This document shows positions 46,767-57,130 of a stretch of DNA of 64,000 nt, one piece after another (within the stretch, counting starts at the first letter, position 1; every line of letters begins with the position of its first letter). The notes beneath the pieces were generated by a model. That model saw nothing but the letters and a program-made list of their open reading frames with translations, was not told the DNA's origin and searched no databases. A program made the position numbers and the translations under genes. Source of the DNA: a virus (taxonomy: Duplodnaviria; Caudoviricetes). The DNA lies in IMG/VR virus record IMGVR_UViG_2895374923_000001, positions 27,860 through 91,859 of that record. One strand, written 5' to 3'.

Positions 46767-46949
46767 GTGCCCAGATATCGCGTGATCGGGCCCTGCGAGG
46801 TCGCGGGCGTGCAGCCCGGCGGCGTCATCACCGAGTTCCCCGCCGGCGTCAACGTCGAGGCGCTCATCCAGGGCGGCCACATCGAGCCCACCGAGGACAA
46901 GCCCGCCGAAGCCAAGCAGGCAGCCAAGCCTAGGGGCGGCACCCAGTGA
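46767..46949 (+). CDS. Small tail-region protein
   Basis: YRVIG...EALIQGGHIEP. Confidence 0.7.
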   Translation: MPRYRVIGPCEVAGVQPGGVITEFPAGVNVEALIQGGHIEPTEDKPAEAKQAAKPRGGTQ

Positions 46950-47674
46950 GCTCGTTCGCCTTCACCGACGCCACCACCTACGTCGCGGGCTACGACTTCA
47001 CGACCGACCTGAACCAGATCACCCTCAAGGTCGACGTCGAGGAGAAGGACTGCACGACCTTCGGCGGCGGCGGCTTCCGGTCTCGGCTGGCCGGCCTGCG
47101 CAACATCGAGGCTGAGCTGCAGGGCTACTGGCAGTCGGCCACCTCCGGCGCGGTGGACCCCGAGAGCTTCCCCGACCTCGGCGTCGTGGACCGGCCGGTC
47201 ACGATGACGCCGACCGGCGCCGCGGGATCGGCCGCCTACATCTTCCAGGCGGGAAAGTTCTCCTACCAGATGTTCGGCCAGGTCGGCGAAGTCACCCCGT
47301 TCACGCTGTCGTGCCTGGGCACCAACGGGGTCGGCGTGGCCCGCGGTCAAGTGGCCGCGGCCAAGGGCGCCGTGTCCGCGACCGGCGCGCTCGGCTCCGT
47401 GCTCAACCTGGGCGCCCCCACCTCGACCCAGTACGTGTACGCGGTCCTGCACGTCTTCTCGGCCGGGACCACGATCACCGTCCAGGTCCAGTCCGACGAC
47501 AGCGCGGGCATGGGCTCGCCGACCACGCGCGGCACCATCGGCCCGATCACCACGACCGGCGGCACCTGGATGACCCGTGTCGCCGGGCCGTTCGTCGGTG
47601 AGACGCACTGGCGGATGAACGTCTCGGCGATCACCGGGACGTTCAGCGTGGCCGGCGCCATCGCCGTCCAATAG
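46946..47674 (+). CDS. Tail-tube-like protein with extra C-terminal beta domain
   Basis: DCTTFG...RLAGL; paralogous to 47735..48142. Confidence 0.7.
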   Translation: MSSFAFTDATTYVAGYDFTTDLNQITLKVDVEEKDCTTFGGGGFRSRLAGLRNIEAELQGYWQSATSGAVDPESFPDLGVVDRPVTMTPTGAAGSAAYIFQAGKFSYQMFGQVGEVTPFTLSCLGTNGVGVARGQVAAAKGAVSATGALGSVLNLGAPTSTQYVYAVLHVFSAGTTITVQVQSDDSAGMGSPTTRGTIGPITTTGGTWMTRVAGPFVGETHWRMNVSAITGTFSVAGAIAVQ

Positions 47675-47734
47675 CCCACCCGACCCCTTTTAGCCATCGC
47701 GAGCGCGGTGGCTTTCGTCGTTCAAGGAGAAGCG

Positions 47735-48142
47735 ATGGCCTCGTTCGCGTTCATTGATTGCCGCGTCGAAATCAACTCCGTCGTGCTCAGCGCGTTCGCC
47801 CGCTCGGCGACCCTGAAGGTCGAGGCGGCCGAGCTCGACGACACCGCCTTCGGCGACACCTTCCATTCCCGGATCGGCGGCCTGAAGGACTGGTCGGTCG
47901 ACATCGAGTTCAACTCCGACTTCGCCGCCTCGGCCGTCGACGCCACCCTGTGGCCGCTGCTCGGCACCACCACCACGGTCAAGATCCGCGCCACGTCGGC
48001 GGCGATCTCGTCGACCAACCCCGAATACTCCGGGACCGTGCTGGTCAAAGAGGTCAACCCGATGGGCAACAGCGTGGGTGACCTGGCGACGGTGAGCGTG
48101 TCCTGGCCGGGCGCCGGCACGTTGTCGAGGGCGACCGCGTAG
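47735..48142 (+). CDS. Major tail tube protein
   Basis: DDTAFG...RIGGLKDWS...TNPEYSG...VGDLA. Confidence 0.8.
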   Translation: MASFAFIDCRVEINSVVLSAFARSATLKVEAAELDDTAFGDTFHSRIGGLKDWSVDIEFNSDFAASAVDATLWPLLGTTTTVKIRATSAAISSTNPEYSGTVLVKEVNPMGNSVGDLATVSVSWPGAGTLSRATA

Positions 48143-48615
48143 TGGAGTTTCGGGGGCACGAGGCGCTGGAGCGGCTGGCGCTGGATATGCGCAAGTACGG
48201 CTCCAAGGAGATCGAGCGCCGGGCCCGCGCCGAACTGCGCAAGGTCGCTGTGCCGCTGCGCGAGGCCGAGAAGGCCGCGGTCCGCGCGCTGCCATCGAGG
48301 TCGAGCGGTAGGCTGCGCGCCGAGATCGCCAAAGCAACCGTGATCCAGGTCTCGATGAACACCCGCTGGAACGGCGTGACCGTGTGGGTCAACCCCAAGC
48401 GCATGCCCGCCTCCCGGCGGAACCTGGGCGCCTACATGGAGGGCGTGAGCCCGTTCCAGCGCTGGCGGCACCCCGTGTATGGGCGCCGGTCGGCCGCCTG
48501 GGCGGTGCAGCGTGCCAAGCCGTGGTTCTACCGGACAGCGCGCGGCTCGGAGCGGCGGGCAGAGCAGGCGATCGATCGGGTCGTTGACCAGATCGCGAAG
48601 GAGCTGGGCTCGTGA
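48142..48615 (+). CDS. Neck/tail component (HK97 gp10-like)
   Basis: WRHPVYG...W.VQ..KPWF. Confidence 0.65.
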   Translation: MEFRGHEALERLALDMRKYGSKEIERRARAELRKVAVPLREAEKAAVRALPSRSSGRLRAEIAKATVIQVSMNTRWNGVTVWVNPKRMPASRRNLGAYMEGVSPFQRWRHPVYGRRSAAWAVQRAKPWFYRTARGSERRAEQAIDRVVDQIAKELGS

Positions 48616-49120
48616 CGATCATCAGGTTGGAAGACCCCGACGGCAAGGTCCACGAGTGGGAGTGGGACGGCATGCCCACGCTGGCCGAGGCCCGCGTGAT
48701 CAAAGCCCACACCCGGATGTCGACGTACCAGTTCCTCGACGCGCTGGTCGAGGGCGACGCCGACGCGCTCACGGCGCTGCTGCTGATCCTCTACCGCCGT
48801 AGCGGCGAGCAGATCCCCTTCGACGAGATCGACTGCGACCTGAGAAAGCTGCACTTCATCGAGCCCGACGAGGGCGACGACCAGCCCGACGCGCAGGGCC
48901 TGGGCGAGGCTGCCGCGGAGGGAAAAGGCCCGACGTCCTCGACCGCCTCTGGGGCGACGAACGGGGAGGCGTAGAGGCCCAGGTGCTGGCCTACTCGCTG
49001 GGCTTGGCGCAGCGCTTCGGCATCACCTACCTGGACGCTTGGGATCTTCCGGTGGACGTCTTCTGCGAGTTCACCGCCGTGATCGACCGCATGAACAAAG
49101 CCGAGGAGCAGAGGGGGTAG
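48612..49120 (+). CDS. Tail assembly chaperone G (48612-48974) and G-T via -1 frameshift
   Basis: In-frame G GGA AAA at 48920-48926; -1 frame open to TAG 49120, just before the tape measure gene. Confidence 0.85.
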
Positions 49121-49121
49121 C

Positions 49122-52100
49122 GTGGGCCGCGTTGTCGCCGTCGACCTGGTCGGCCGGGACGTCACCCTCTCCAAGACCATCAAGTCGGCGCGCGAGCGCG
49201 TCACCGACCTGCACAAGACCATCGAGCACGCCAACCGCAAGCAGCGCGAGAGCCTGGATGCGCTCGGCCAGGGCGCGGTCGTCTCCGGCGCGGCCCTGGT
49301 GGCCGGGTTCGGGGTCGCGGTCAAGGCGACGATGGAGTTCGACAAGGCCATGAGCCACGTCGGGGCCGTCTCCAACGCCTCGGCCAAAGACCTGGACGGG
49401 CTGCGCAAAGCCGCGCTGCAGGCGGGCAAGGACACGAAATACTCGGCCACCGAGGCCGCCCAGGCCGAGGCCGAACTGGCCAAGGTCGGCATCTCCGCGG
49501 CCGACATCATGGGCGGCGCGCTCAAGGGCGCCCTGTCGCTTGCCGCGGCGGGCCAGCTGGAGCTGGAAGAGGCCGCCACGCTGTCCGGCCAGGCGATGAA
49601 GATCTTCAACCTGCAGGGCAAGGACGTCGAGCGGGTCGCCGACGCGCTGGCGGCGGGCGCGAACAAGTCCGCCGCCGACGTGCATCAGCTGGGCGAGTCG
49701 CTGAAGGCCGGCGGACAGATGGCGGCGCAGGCCGGGCTGGATCTGGAGGACACCGTCGGTGTGCTGGCCGCGTTCTCCGACAACGCCCTGATCGGCTCCG
49801 ACGCCGGCACCTCTCTCAAGACGATGCTCATGCATCTGGCCAACCCCACGAACAAGAGCGCGGACCTGATGGAGGAGCTTGGCCTGTTCGCCTACAACGC
49901 GCAGGGCAGTTTCGTCGGGCTGGAACATCTGGCCGGGCAGCTCAAGGACAGGCTCGGCGGGCTGACCCAGCAGCAGCGCGACGCCGCGATGGCGCAGATC
50001 TTCGGCTCCGACGCCATGCGCGGCGCGGCGATCCTGTACAAGATCGGCGCGGAGGGTGTGCGCAAGTACACCGACGCGGTCTCCGAGCAGGGGGCGGCCT
50101 CGAAGGTGGCCGCCAAGAACATGGACAACCTCGCCGGCGACCTGGAGAAGCTGAAGGGCAGCGTCGAGACGGCGCTGATCGAGGGCGGCTCGGCCTCCAC
50201 CGGGGTGCTGCGCCGCCTGGTGCAGGCCGCTGACAGCGTCGTGAACGCGTTCTCGGCGATGCCGTCCGGGGCGCAGGGCGCGGTCGTTTCGATCGCCGGG
50301 GTGGCGGGCGCCGCCAGCCTGGCCGCGGGCGGGCTGATCTTCCTCATCCCGAAGATCGCCGAAACGAAGGCGGCGATGCTGGCGCTCGGCATCACCGCCG
50401 ACGGGCTGAAGGCCAAGCTCGCCACCCTGGGCAAGGCGCTGGCGCTGATCGCCGCGACAGTGATCGCGGTCGACCAGGTCAACAAGCTGACCTCGACCCT
50501 GGCCGGCGCTCACGTGGAGGCCGACCAGCTCACCGAGGACCTGAAGAAGCTGGCCGCCACCGGCAAGCTGTCGGGCAAGATGTCCGAGCAGTGGACCGGC
50601 GCGTTCGACGATGCCGCCGACGCCCCGAAACGCTTCGGCGACGCGATCCGGGAGATCGCCGACCCCACCCTGTGGGAGCGGCTGATGAGCCACCCCATCG
50701 ACGCGATGGCCGACGCCCTGCCGATCCTTGACGGCAACTTCCAGCAGCTGCAGCGCAAAGTCGAATCGGTGGACAAGGCGCTGGCGGCGATGGCGACCTC
50801 AGGCAACGTCGAGCAGGCCAAGCAGGCGTTCGGGAAGATCGCCGAGCAGGCCAAGGCGGCCGGCGTCCCCGTCAACCGGCTGGCCGAGGTGTTCCCCCTC
50901 TACACCGCGGCCGCCAACAGCTCGGTGGCCAAGACCAACGCCGCGGCGGTGACACAGCAGAAGCTCGCCGCCGACTCCCAGAAGGCCGCCGAGTCCATCG
51001 ACCGCCAGCGGGCCGCGCTGGACCGCTTGAACAACGCGCTGCTGGAATCACGCGACGGCGAGCTGGAGTTCGAGGAAGCCCTCGACAACGTGACGTCGGC
51101 GTTCAAAGAGAACGGGGCCGCGGTCAACAAGAGGACCGGCGCGTTCAACATCGACACCGCCGCAGGCCGGGCCAACGAGCGCGCAGTGATCGCGGCGGCG
51201 CGGGCGGCCCGCGATCACGCACTGAAGGTCTTCGACCAGACCAAAAGCGCCAAGGACGCCAACGAGGCGTTCAAGAAGCACATCGAGAAGCTGGTCGGCG
51301 TCAAGGGAGCCTCCAAGGAAGCACGCCAGGCGATCAAGGACCTGATCGCCAAGTACATCGAGATGCCCAAGGCGATCAACGACGCAACCGACAAGATCAA
51401 GACGCCCAAGAAGGTGCAGATCAAAGTCTCGGCCGACGGGACAACCTTTACAGCAGGCAAGGTCCGGGCCACGATCTTCGCCAAAGGCGGCGAGGTGCCG
51501 ATGCAGCCGGGCGGCTCGCGCCACAAGGACAGCGTGCACGCCATGCTTCGGGTCGGCGAGCACGTGTGGACGCCAGAGGAGGTTGACAAGGTCGGCGGTC
51601 AGCAAGCCATGCTGCGCCTGCGGCAGATGGTCCGCTCCGGCCGGACGCAGCTGCCCGCCTTCGCCCAGGGCGGCCCTGTCGGCTACAAGACACTCCCCAC
51701 CCCGTACCGGACTGGCCCCTCGCTCACCCAGCTGCGCGGCTACCTCGCCAGGCGAGAGAACGCCTACCAGCGGATGACCAACGCCATCGGCACATTCCTG
51801 GCCAAGGAGATCACTGCCCGCATGGGCGGCGTCGGCCTGAAGGCCGTGCAGGCCGCCCGAACCCAGATCGGCGTCCCCTACAGCTGGGGCGGCGGCGGCC
51901 CAGGCGGTCCCGGCTACGGGTTCGCGCAGGGCGCCGGGATCCGCGGCTTCGACTGCTCCAGCCTGATGCAGTACGGCTGGTACAAGGCCAGCGGCAAGGT
52001 CATCCCGCGCACCACCTACGGGCAGTGGCCGTGGACCAGCCACATCTCCAAGCCCGCCCCGGGCGACCTGGGGTTCACCAGCTGGGGCCGCAACGGCCCG

Positions 52101-52442
52101 GGCCACGTCGTCATGTACTCCGGCCCCGGCCGGGTCATCCAGGCGCCCTTCACCGGCGCCCGCGTCAACGAGGGCCCCGGCAGCGGCTACCGGTGGGGCC
52201 GGCCGCCGATCGGCCGCTGGCGCGGCGGCCGGGTGCAGCCGGGCCAGGCATACATGGTCGGCGAGCGCGGCCCGGAGATGCTGCACGTCGGCTCCCCGGG
52301 CCGCATCCAACCCAGCGCGGGCGGCCTGACCATCACCGGCGATGTGCATTTCCACGGCGTCAGCGACATCCGCGCGATGGTCCAGGAGCTGCAGACCTAC
52401 GCCAAGAACACCGGTGGCATCACGTTGAAGCTGCGCACCTGA
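49122..52442 (+). CDS. Tape measure protein with C-terminal NlpC/P60 peptidase domain
   Basis: TP901-like core (FDKAMS...YSATEAA...GSDAGTSLK); GVPYSWGG...FDCSSL...GHVVMY. Confidence 0.93.
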   Translation: MGRVVAVDLVGRDVTLSKTIKSARERVTDLHKTIEHANRKQRESLDALGQGAVVSGAALVAGFGVAVKATMEFDKAMSHVGAVSNASAKDLDGLRKAALQAGKDTKYSATEAAQAEAELAKVGISAADIMGGALKGALSLAAAGQLELEEAATLSGQAMKIFNLQGKDVERVADALAAGANKSAADVHQLGESLKAGGQMAAQAGLDLEDTVGVLAAFSDNALIGSDAGTSLKTMLMHLANPTNKSADLMEELGLFAYNAQGSFVGLEHLAGQLKDRLGGLTQQQRDAAMAQIFGSDAMRGAAILYKIGAEGVRKYTDAVSEQGAASKVAAKNMDNLAGDLEKLKGSVETALIEGGSASTGVLRRLVQAADSVVNAFSAMPSGAQGAVVSIAGVAGAASLAAGGLIFLIPKIAETKAAMLALGITADGLKAKLATLGKALALIAATVIAVDQVNKLTSTLAGAHVEADQLTEDLKKLAATGKLSGKMSEQWTGAFDDAADAPKRFGDAIREIADPTLWERLMSHPIDAMADALPILDGNFQQLQRKVESVDKALAAMATSGNVEQAKQAFGKIAEQAKAAGVPVNRLAEVFPLYTAAANSSVAKTNAAAVTQQKLAADSQKAAESIDRQRAALDRLNNALLESRDGELEFEEALDNVTSAFKENGAAVNKRTGAFNIDTAAGRANERAVIAAARAARDHALKVFDQTKSAKDANEAFKKHIEKLVGVKGASKEARQAIKDLIAKYIEMPKAINDATDKIKTPKKVQIKVSADGTTFTAGKVRATIFAKGGEVPMQPGGSRHKDSVHAMLRVGEHVWTPEEVDKVGGQQAMLRLRQMVRSGRTQLPAFAQGGPVGYKTLPTPYRTGPSLTQLRGYLARRENAYQRMTNAIGTFLAKEITARMGGVGLKAVQAARTQIGVPYSWGGGGPGGPGYGFAQGAGIRGFDCSSLMQYGWYKASGKVIPRTTYGQWPWTSHISKPAPGDLGFTSWGRNGPGHVVMYSGPGRVIQAPFTGARVNEGPGSGYRWGRPPIGRWRGGRVQPGQAYMVGERGPEMLHVGSPGRIQPSAGGLTITGDVHFHGVSDIRAMVQELQTYAKNTGGITLKLRT

Positions 52443-52443
52443 C

Positions 52444-54309
52444 ATGGCGTTCCCGATCCTGAACGTCGCGATCGACTTCGAGAACAACGGCACCTTCACC
52501 GACGTCAGCGCCTACTTGATGCACTTCAAGATCAATCGCGGGTCCAGCCGGGTGGACGGGCCGCTGATCCGGTACGAGGCCGGCACGTGCGAGCTGAAGC
52601 TCAACAACTCCGACAGGCGCTTCGACCCCAGCAACGGCTCGGGCCCGTACACGCTTCCGTCCGGCAGCGCGGCCTCGGGCATCCAGCAGGCCGCGTGCTC
52701 GATCACGCAGGTGGTCGGGCATGGCTTCTCCGTGGCCGTGGCCTCGACGGACCCCGAGACGATCGAGGCGAGCCTGCGCGACTCCACCGTCGCCACCTCC
52801 ACCTCGACGAGCTACACCTGCGCCAAGCCGACCGGCACCGCCTCCGGCGACATCCTGGTCGCCTACCAGTCCGCGGACTGGGGGAACGCCTCGTCCATGT
52901 CCACGCCGACCGGCGGCGCCACCTGGCAGCCGCTCACAAGCCGGGACGCGGGCGCCAACAACTTGCACTCCAAGGTCTGGTGGAAGGTCGCGGGCGCCTC
53001 AGAGCCGTCCACCTACACCTTCGCGCAGGCGTCCGGGTCGGACGGGGTGACCATCGTCGCGGCCATCCGGGACGCCTCCGGCACACCGACCTTCGACTCG
53101 ACCGACAACCCTGGCACCGCCTACTTCGACACGCCCTCGCTGGTCCCGTCCGGCACGGCCGACTATGAGATGCGGTTCGTGTCTGCTGTCGGCGGCGGCT
53201 CTGGGGCGTCGTGGGACTGGACGGCCACGGACTCCTACACCGAGGCGGAGGACGCCCAGAGCACGTCGTTCACGACCGCTTCCATGGCTCACAAGTCGTT
53301 GTCGGGTCTGTCCAGTGGTTCCGGCGGCACGCTGGTCAAGCCCATGCGCCCGGTCAGGGTCAGAGCGATCTGGAACTCGGTGACATACGACCTGTTCAGA
53401 GGGTATGTGGACGCCTGGAAGGTCATCTGGGACGGTCCGAACTACAGCGAGGTGACCGTGCCGTGCACCGACGCTTTCAAGATCTTCTCCAACTTCGACC
53501 GGCGCTCCACCGACGCCGTCTCGGCCCCCTCCGAGCTGTCCAGCGCTCGCGTCAGCCGCATCCTGGACAACGCCGGCTGGTCGGCCAGCCTGCGCAGCAT
53601 CGCGACCGGCGACGTCACCCTGCAGGCGACCACGCTCGACGGCAACCTGATGGACGAGCTGCTGATCACCAACGAGACCGAGGTCGGCGAACTGTACGTC
53701 ACCGCGGACGGGAAAGTGTTCTTCAGGAACCGGGCGGCGATCAACAACGACTCTCGCTCCACCACCTCGCAGGCGACCTTCGGTGATGCCGGCGGCTCCG
53801 AACTGCCGTACACGGACCTGACGCTGGCCAGCGATGACACCCAGCTGGTCAACAGGGTCATCATCACCCGGGTGGGCGGCTCCGAGCAGGTGGCCGAGGA
53901 CACCGCCTCACAGGAGGAGTTCCTCGTCCGCACCTGGGAGCGGTCGGACCTGCTGTTCAACAGCGACAGCTCCGCGCTGAACATGGCGCAGTGGGTGCTG
54001 TCGCTGAGCGCGCAGCCCGAGCAGCGCTTCGAGACCATCACGATCATGCCGCAGTCCGACGAATCCAACCTGTTCCCCCAGTCCCTGAACAGGCTGATCG
54101 GCGACCGGATCACGATCCGGCGACGGCCACCCGGCGGCGGCGACATGATCGAACAGGACTATTTCATCCGCGGCATCGAGCACGACGCGAGCCCCGCCGG
54201 CCCCTGGTACACGACCTGGACCCTGCAGAGCTCGGCTGCCGGCGGCAGCTTCTTCCTCATCGGCGACTCGACCAGAGGCCGCCTCGATCTGAATCCGCTG
54301 GGATTCTGA
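52444..54309 (+). CDS. Minor tail (hub/distal-like) protein with inserted Ser/Thr-rich domain
   Basis: First gene after TMP; LNNSDRRFDP...KPMRPVRVRA...LFRGYVD. Confidence 0.8.
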   Translation: MAFPILNVAIDFENNGTFTDVSAYLMHFKINRGSSRVDGPLIRYEAGTCELKLNNSDRRFDPSNGSGPYTLPSGSAASGIQQAACSITQVVGHGFSVAVASTDPETIEASLRDSTVATSTSTSYTCAKPTGTASGDILVAYQSADWGNASSMSTPTGGATWQPLTSRDAGANNLHSKVWWKVAGASEPSTYTFAQASGSDGVTIVAAIRDASGTPTFDSTDNPGTAYFDTPSLVPSGTADYEMRFVSAVGGGSGASWDWTATDSYTEAEDAQSTSFTTASMAHKSLSGLSSGSGGTLVKPMRPVRVRAIWNSVTYDLFRGYVDAWKVIWDGPNYSEVTVPCTDAFKIFSNFDRRSTDAVSAPSELSSARVSRILDNAGWSASLRSIATGDVTLQATTLDGNLMDELLITNETEVGELYVTADGKVFFRNRAAINNDSRSTTSQATFGDAGGSELPYTDLTLASDDTQLVNRVIITRVGGSEQVAEDTASQEEFLVRTWERSDLLFNSDSSALNMAQWVLSLSAQPEQRFETITIMPQSDESNLFPQSLNRLIGDRITIRRRPPGGGDMIEQDYFIRGIEHDASPAGPWYTTWTLQSSAAGGSFFLIGDSTRGRLDLNPLGF

Positions 54310-54310
54310 C

Positions 54311-54823
54311 ATGGCGTTCGGTACCTGGACGGACGGCAACCAGCTGGGCGCGACCGACGTCAACACGAAGATCGTTCAATGCCTGTTCGTGGACAAGACG
54401 GCGCACGAGACCGTCACGAGCAGCGAGACCATCCAGAACGACAACCACTTGAAGTTCACGGCGGCGGCCAGCACGAACTACTGGATCAAGGCGCTGATCA
54501 TCGTGGACGGGGCAGATACCGGCGGCGGGATCGAGTTCGGCTGGTACGGGCCGTCCGGCGCGACCTTCGATTGGTGCTCCGACGCGCTCGGCGACGACGC
54601 GGACGGGTTCGGCCCGGTCTCCCGCACCCGCCAGCAGATCGGCAACCTGCCCGCCATGGCGACCAACGGCGTCGCCACCAACCTGATCATCCCGGCGGTA
54701 GGCGTGCTGAAGGTCAGCACCACCGCCGGGGTTTTCGGCTTCCGCTGGGCGCAGGACACCAGCAACGCGACCGCGACCAGAGTCAATACCGGTTCCGGCA
54801 TGATCGTCACCAAGCTGGTGTGA
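54311..54823 (+). CDS. Minor tail/receptor-binding paralog 1
   Basis: ETVTSS.T.Q.D..L...NYW...FRWAQ..S. Confidence 0.75.
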   Translation: MAFGTWTDGNQLGATDVNTKIVQCLFVDKTAHETVTSSETIQNDNHLKFTAAASTNYWIKALIIVDGADTGGGIEFGWYGPSGATFDWCSDALGDDADGFGPVSRTRQQIGNLPAMATNGVATNLIIPAVGVLKVSTTAGVFGFRWAQDTSNATATRVNTGSGMIVTKLV

Positions 54824-54830
54824 GGCAGCC

Positions 54831-55343
54831 ATGGCCTTCAAGACCTTCGGCGTCAACGAATACCTGACCAGCGCGGACGTCAACGCCTACCTCACCCAGC
54901 AGCAGGTCGCCCGCAAAACCTCGACGGAAAGCGTCACCTCGTCCACGACGCTCCAGGACGACAACGATCTGTTCATGACGCTGTCGGCCAGCACGAACTA
55001 CTGGCTCGACGGGATCCTGATCACGGACGGCGCCGTCGGCGGCGACTTCAAGCTCCAGTTCGTGCTGCCCTCAGGCTGGATCCGGTGGATCGCCAACGGC
55101 CCGGTAAGCGGTGCGACCGCCACCGTGACCGACACCGACAGGAACTGGAAGGTCACCGCGACCAGCACCGTGATGGGAACCATCGCCTCAGGCACCTCCA
55201 GCATCGTGCACGTGGCCGGCATCCTCCGCATCGGCACCTCCGGCGGGACGTTCAAGCTGCAGTGGGCCCAAGGCACCAGCTCCGGCACCGCGACCAGAGT
55301 GTTCGCCAACTCCTTCCTACGCTGCACAAGGATGCTCGCCTGA
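54831..55343 (+). CDS. Minor tail/receptor-binding paralog 2
   Basis: FKTF..NEYLTSADVN; ESVTSSTTLQDDNDL; LQWAQ. Confidence 0.75.
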   Translation: MAFKTFGVNEYLTSADVNAYLTQQQVARKTSTESVTSSTTLQDDNDLFMTLSASTNYWLDGILITDGAVGGDFKLQFVLPSGWIRWIANGPVSGATATVTDTDRNWKVTATSTVMGTIASGTSSIVHVAGILRIGTSGGTFKLQWAQGTSSGTATRVFANSFLRCTRMLA

Positions 55344-55861
55344 TGACCGGCTTCAAGACCTTCTCCACGAACGAGGTGATGGACGCCTCGGAGATGACCA
55401 CGTACCTCGTGCAGCAGGCCGTCATCATCAAGTCGGTGGACGAGTCCGTCACCTCGTCCACGACACTGCAGGCCGACAACGAACTCGTCGTCGCCGTCTC
55501 GGCGAACACCGACTACCTCGTCGAGTGCTTCCTCATCTACGGCGCCGATCCGGCCGGGGACATCAAGACCGACTGGGACGGGCCAGCCAGCGCCACAATG
55601 GACTGGGTCGCCGACGCGATCACACAGTCCGCGACGGCAACGGTCGACCAGGTGAGCCGCACCGCGCAGTCGATCAGTGGCACCCCGTCGCACGGCGGCA
55701 TCACGAACAACTCGACGAACCTGGTCGCCCTGCACAAGGGCATCGTCCGCGTCGCCGGCACCGCGGGGAACCTGACCCTCACCTGGGCGCAGCAGGCGTC
55801 CTCCGCCAACGCGACCTTCGTCCGCGCCAACAGCACCTTGATCGTCACGAGGATTTCATGA
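55343..55861 (+). CDS. Minor tail/receptor-binding paralog 3
   Basis: FKTFSTNEV; ESVTSSTTLQADNEL; LTWAQ. Confidence 0.75.
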   Translation: MTGFKTFSTNEVMDASEMTTYLVQQAVIIKSVDESVTSSTTLQADNELVVAVSANTDYLVECFLIYGADPAGDIKTDWDGPASATMDWVADAITQSATATVDQVSRTAQSISGTPSHGGITNNSTNLVALHKGIVRVAGTAGNLTLTWAQQASSANATFVRANSTLIVTRIS

Positions 55862-56199
55862 GCAAAGCCCAGCCTCCCGGCCTGCCCGTCGACCTAGTGT
55901 CCGCCGTCTACTTCTGCCCCGGCTGCGGCGGCAAGCACACCTTCGGCGCGGCCTTCTTTGCCGAGACCGGCCAGAATCCCGACGTCTGCCCCGGCTGCGG
56001 TGCGGCCCTCACCCCGGACGATCGCATGTTCCACGTCGAGGCCGACACCGAGGCCGAGCTCGCACAGAAGAAAGCGGCTCTCTTCGCCCGGCGCGACCAG
56101 GCGCTGCCCGCCACGCCGAAGCCGGCCGACCCGGAAGAGCTGAAGCGGCAACGCATCCACAACCTCGAGGCCGAGCTCGCCCGGCTGAAGGACGACTGA
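55858..56199 (+). CDS. Zn-ribbon plus coiled-coil protein
   Basis: CPGCG...CPGCG. Confidence 0.65.
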   Translation: MSKAQPPGLPVDLVSAVYFCPGCGGKHTFGAAFFAETGQNPDVCPGCGAALTPDDRMFHVEADTEAELAQKKAALFARRDQALPATPKPADPEELKRQRIHNLEAELARLKDD

Positions 56200-56213
56200 C
56201 CCACGGAGGGCCG

Positions 56214-56705
56214 ATGCCGAACCACGTGTGTTCCCTCATCGCCAGGTCACCGCAGCTCATCCCAGCCGGGCCGAACTACACGCTGCTCCGGTTCCCGTAC
56301 GGCAGCACGACCGGCGAGTCCTACGACGCCGACGGCATGCACAACCCGGCCCAGCCCGACGGCGTCACCAGCGCCTACCCGGACCTGCGCAGCGGCCTGA
56401 TCTGGCCGGCGCATGACGCCTGGGCGCAGCTGTACGCGATGGTGCAGTGGGAAGACGGCACCTACGACGAGGTACGGGATCGGTTCACGCGCGACCCGCT
56501 GGCCCTGTTCGGGCCGCCGGACTCCACGTGTACCGAGGACTACGCGGCCACGCCGGGCGGCCAGTACCGGTCCAAGAGCTGGGGCATGTTCGTGCACCCG
56601 GGTGTCCCCCTCGGCCTGATGGTCCGCCACAACGCCTCCACCGCGGTGGCGGTCACGCTGGCCGAGTTCAAGCTCGCCTACCACCTGGATCCGGACCCCG
56701 CGTGA
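56214..56705 (+). CDS. Hypothetical beta-sandwich protein
   Basis: GGAGG RBS. Confidence 0.7.
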   Translation: MPNHVCSLIARSPQLIPAGPNYTLLRFPYGSTTGESYDADGMHNPAQPDGVTSAYPDLRSGLIWPAHDAWAQLYAMVQWEDGTYDEVRDRFTRDPLALFGPPDSTCTEDYAATPGGQYRSKSWGMFVHPGVPLGLMVRHNASTAVAVTLAEFKLAYHLDPDPA

Positions 56706-57130
56706 AGAACCCGCTGACCCATCTGGTCTACCGGCTGCCCCTCTGGGTGCAGACCCAGCCGCTGGACACGATGTTCGCGCTGCTCGGCATCGTCCCGGGG
56801 ATTGCCTCGCTGACCGGAATCGCCTCCTCGCGCGCCCTGGCGCTGATGCCGTGGTGGGCGGGCCGGCTGTGGGGGCTGGTTCTCCTGGTCGGCTCGGTGT
56901 GCTGGCTGGTCGGCGCCGCCGGTGTCCGCGAGCGCGACGGGCTGCTGGTCACCACCCGGCGGCCGCTCATGGTGCTCGGTCTGCGGCTGCTGTCTCTGGC
57001 ATGTCTGATCTACGGGGTATCCATCATCGCCTTCGGCGGTCTGTCCGGGCTGCTGGCCTCCTACCCGCTGGTCGTCGGTGCGGTCGGCCTGCACATCCGC
57101 AAGGTCGGACTCACCCGGAGCAGGCTGTGA
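56702..57130 (+). CDS. Four-TM lysis-region membrane protein
   Basis: Hydrophobic helices; GTGA overlap. Confidence 0.7.
   Translation: MKNPLTHLVYRLPLWVQTQPLDTMFALLGIVPGIASLTGIASSRALALMPWWAGRLWGLVLLVGSVCWLVGAAGVRERDGLLVTTRRPLMVLGLRLLSLACLIYGVSIIAFGGLSGLLASYPLVVGAVGLHIRKVGLTRSRL

Noticed and set aside
44321-47671. Long antisense and alternate-frame ORFs (44488..46494, 44644..46737, 45785..47671)
   Set aside because: Shadow ORFs of GC-rich, Ala-rich coding sequence.
54311-55861. DGR or shufflon
   Set aside because: No reverse transcriptase, no adenine-specific TR/VR pair, no invertase or inverted crossover sites.
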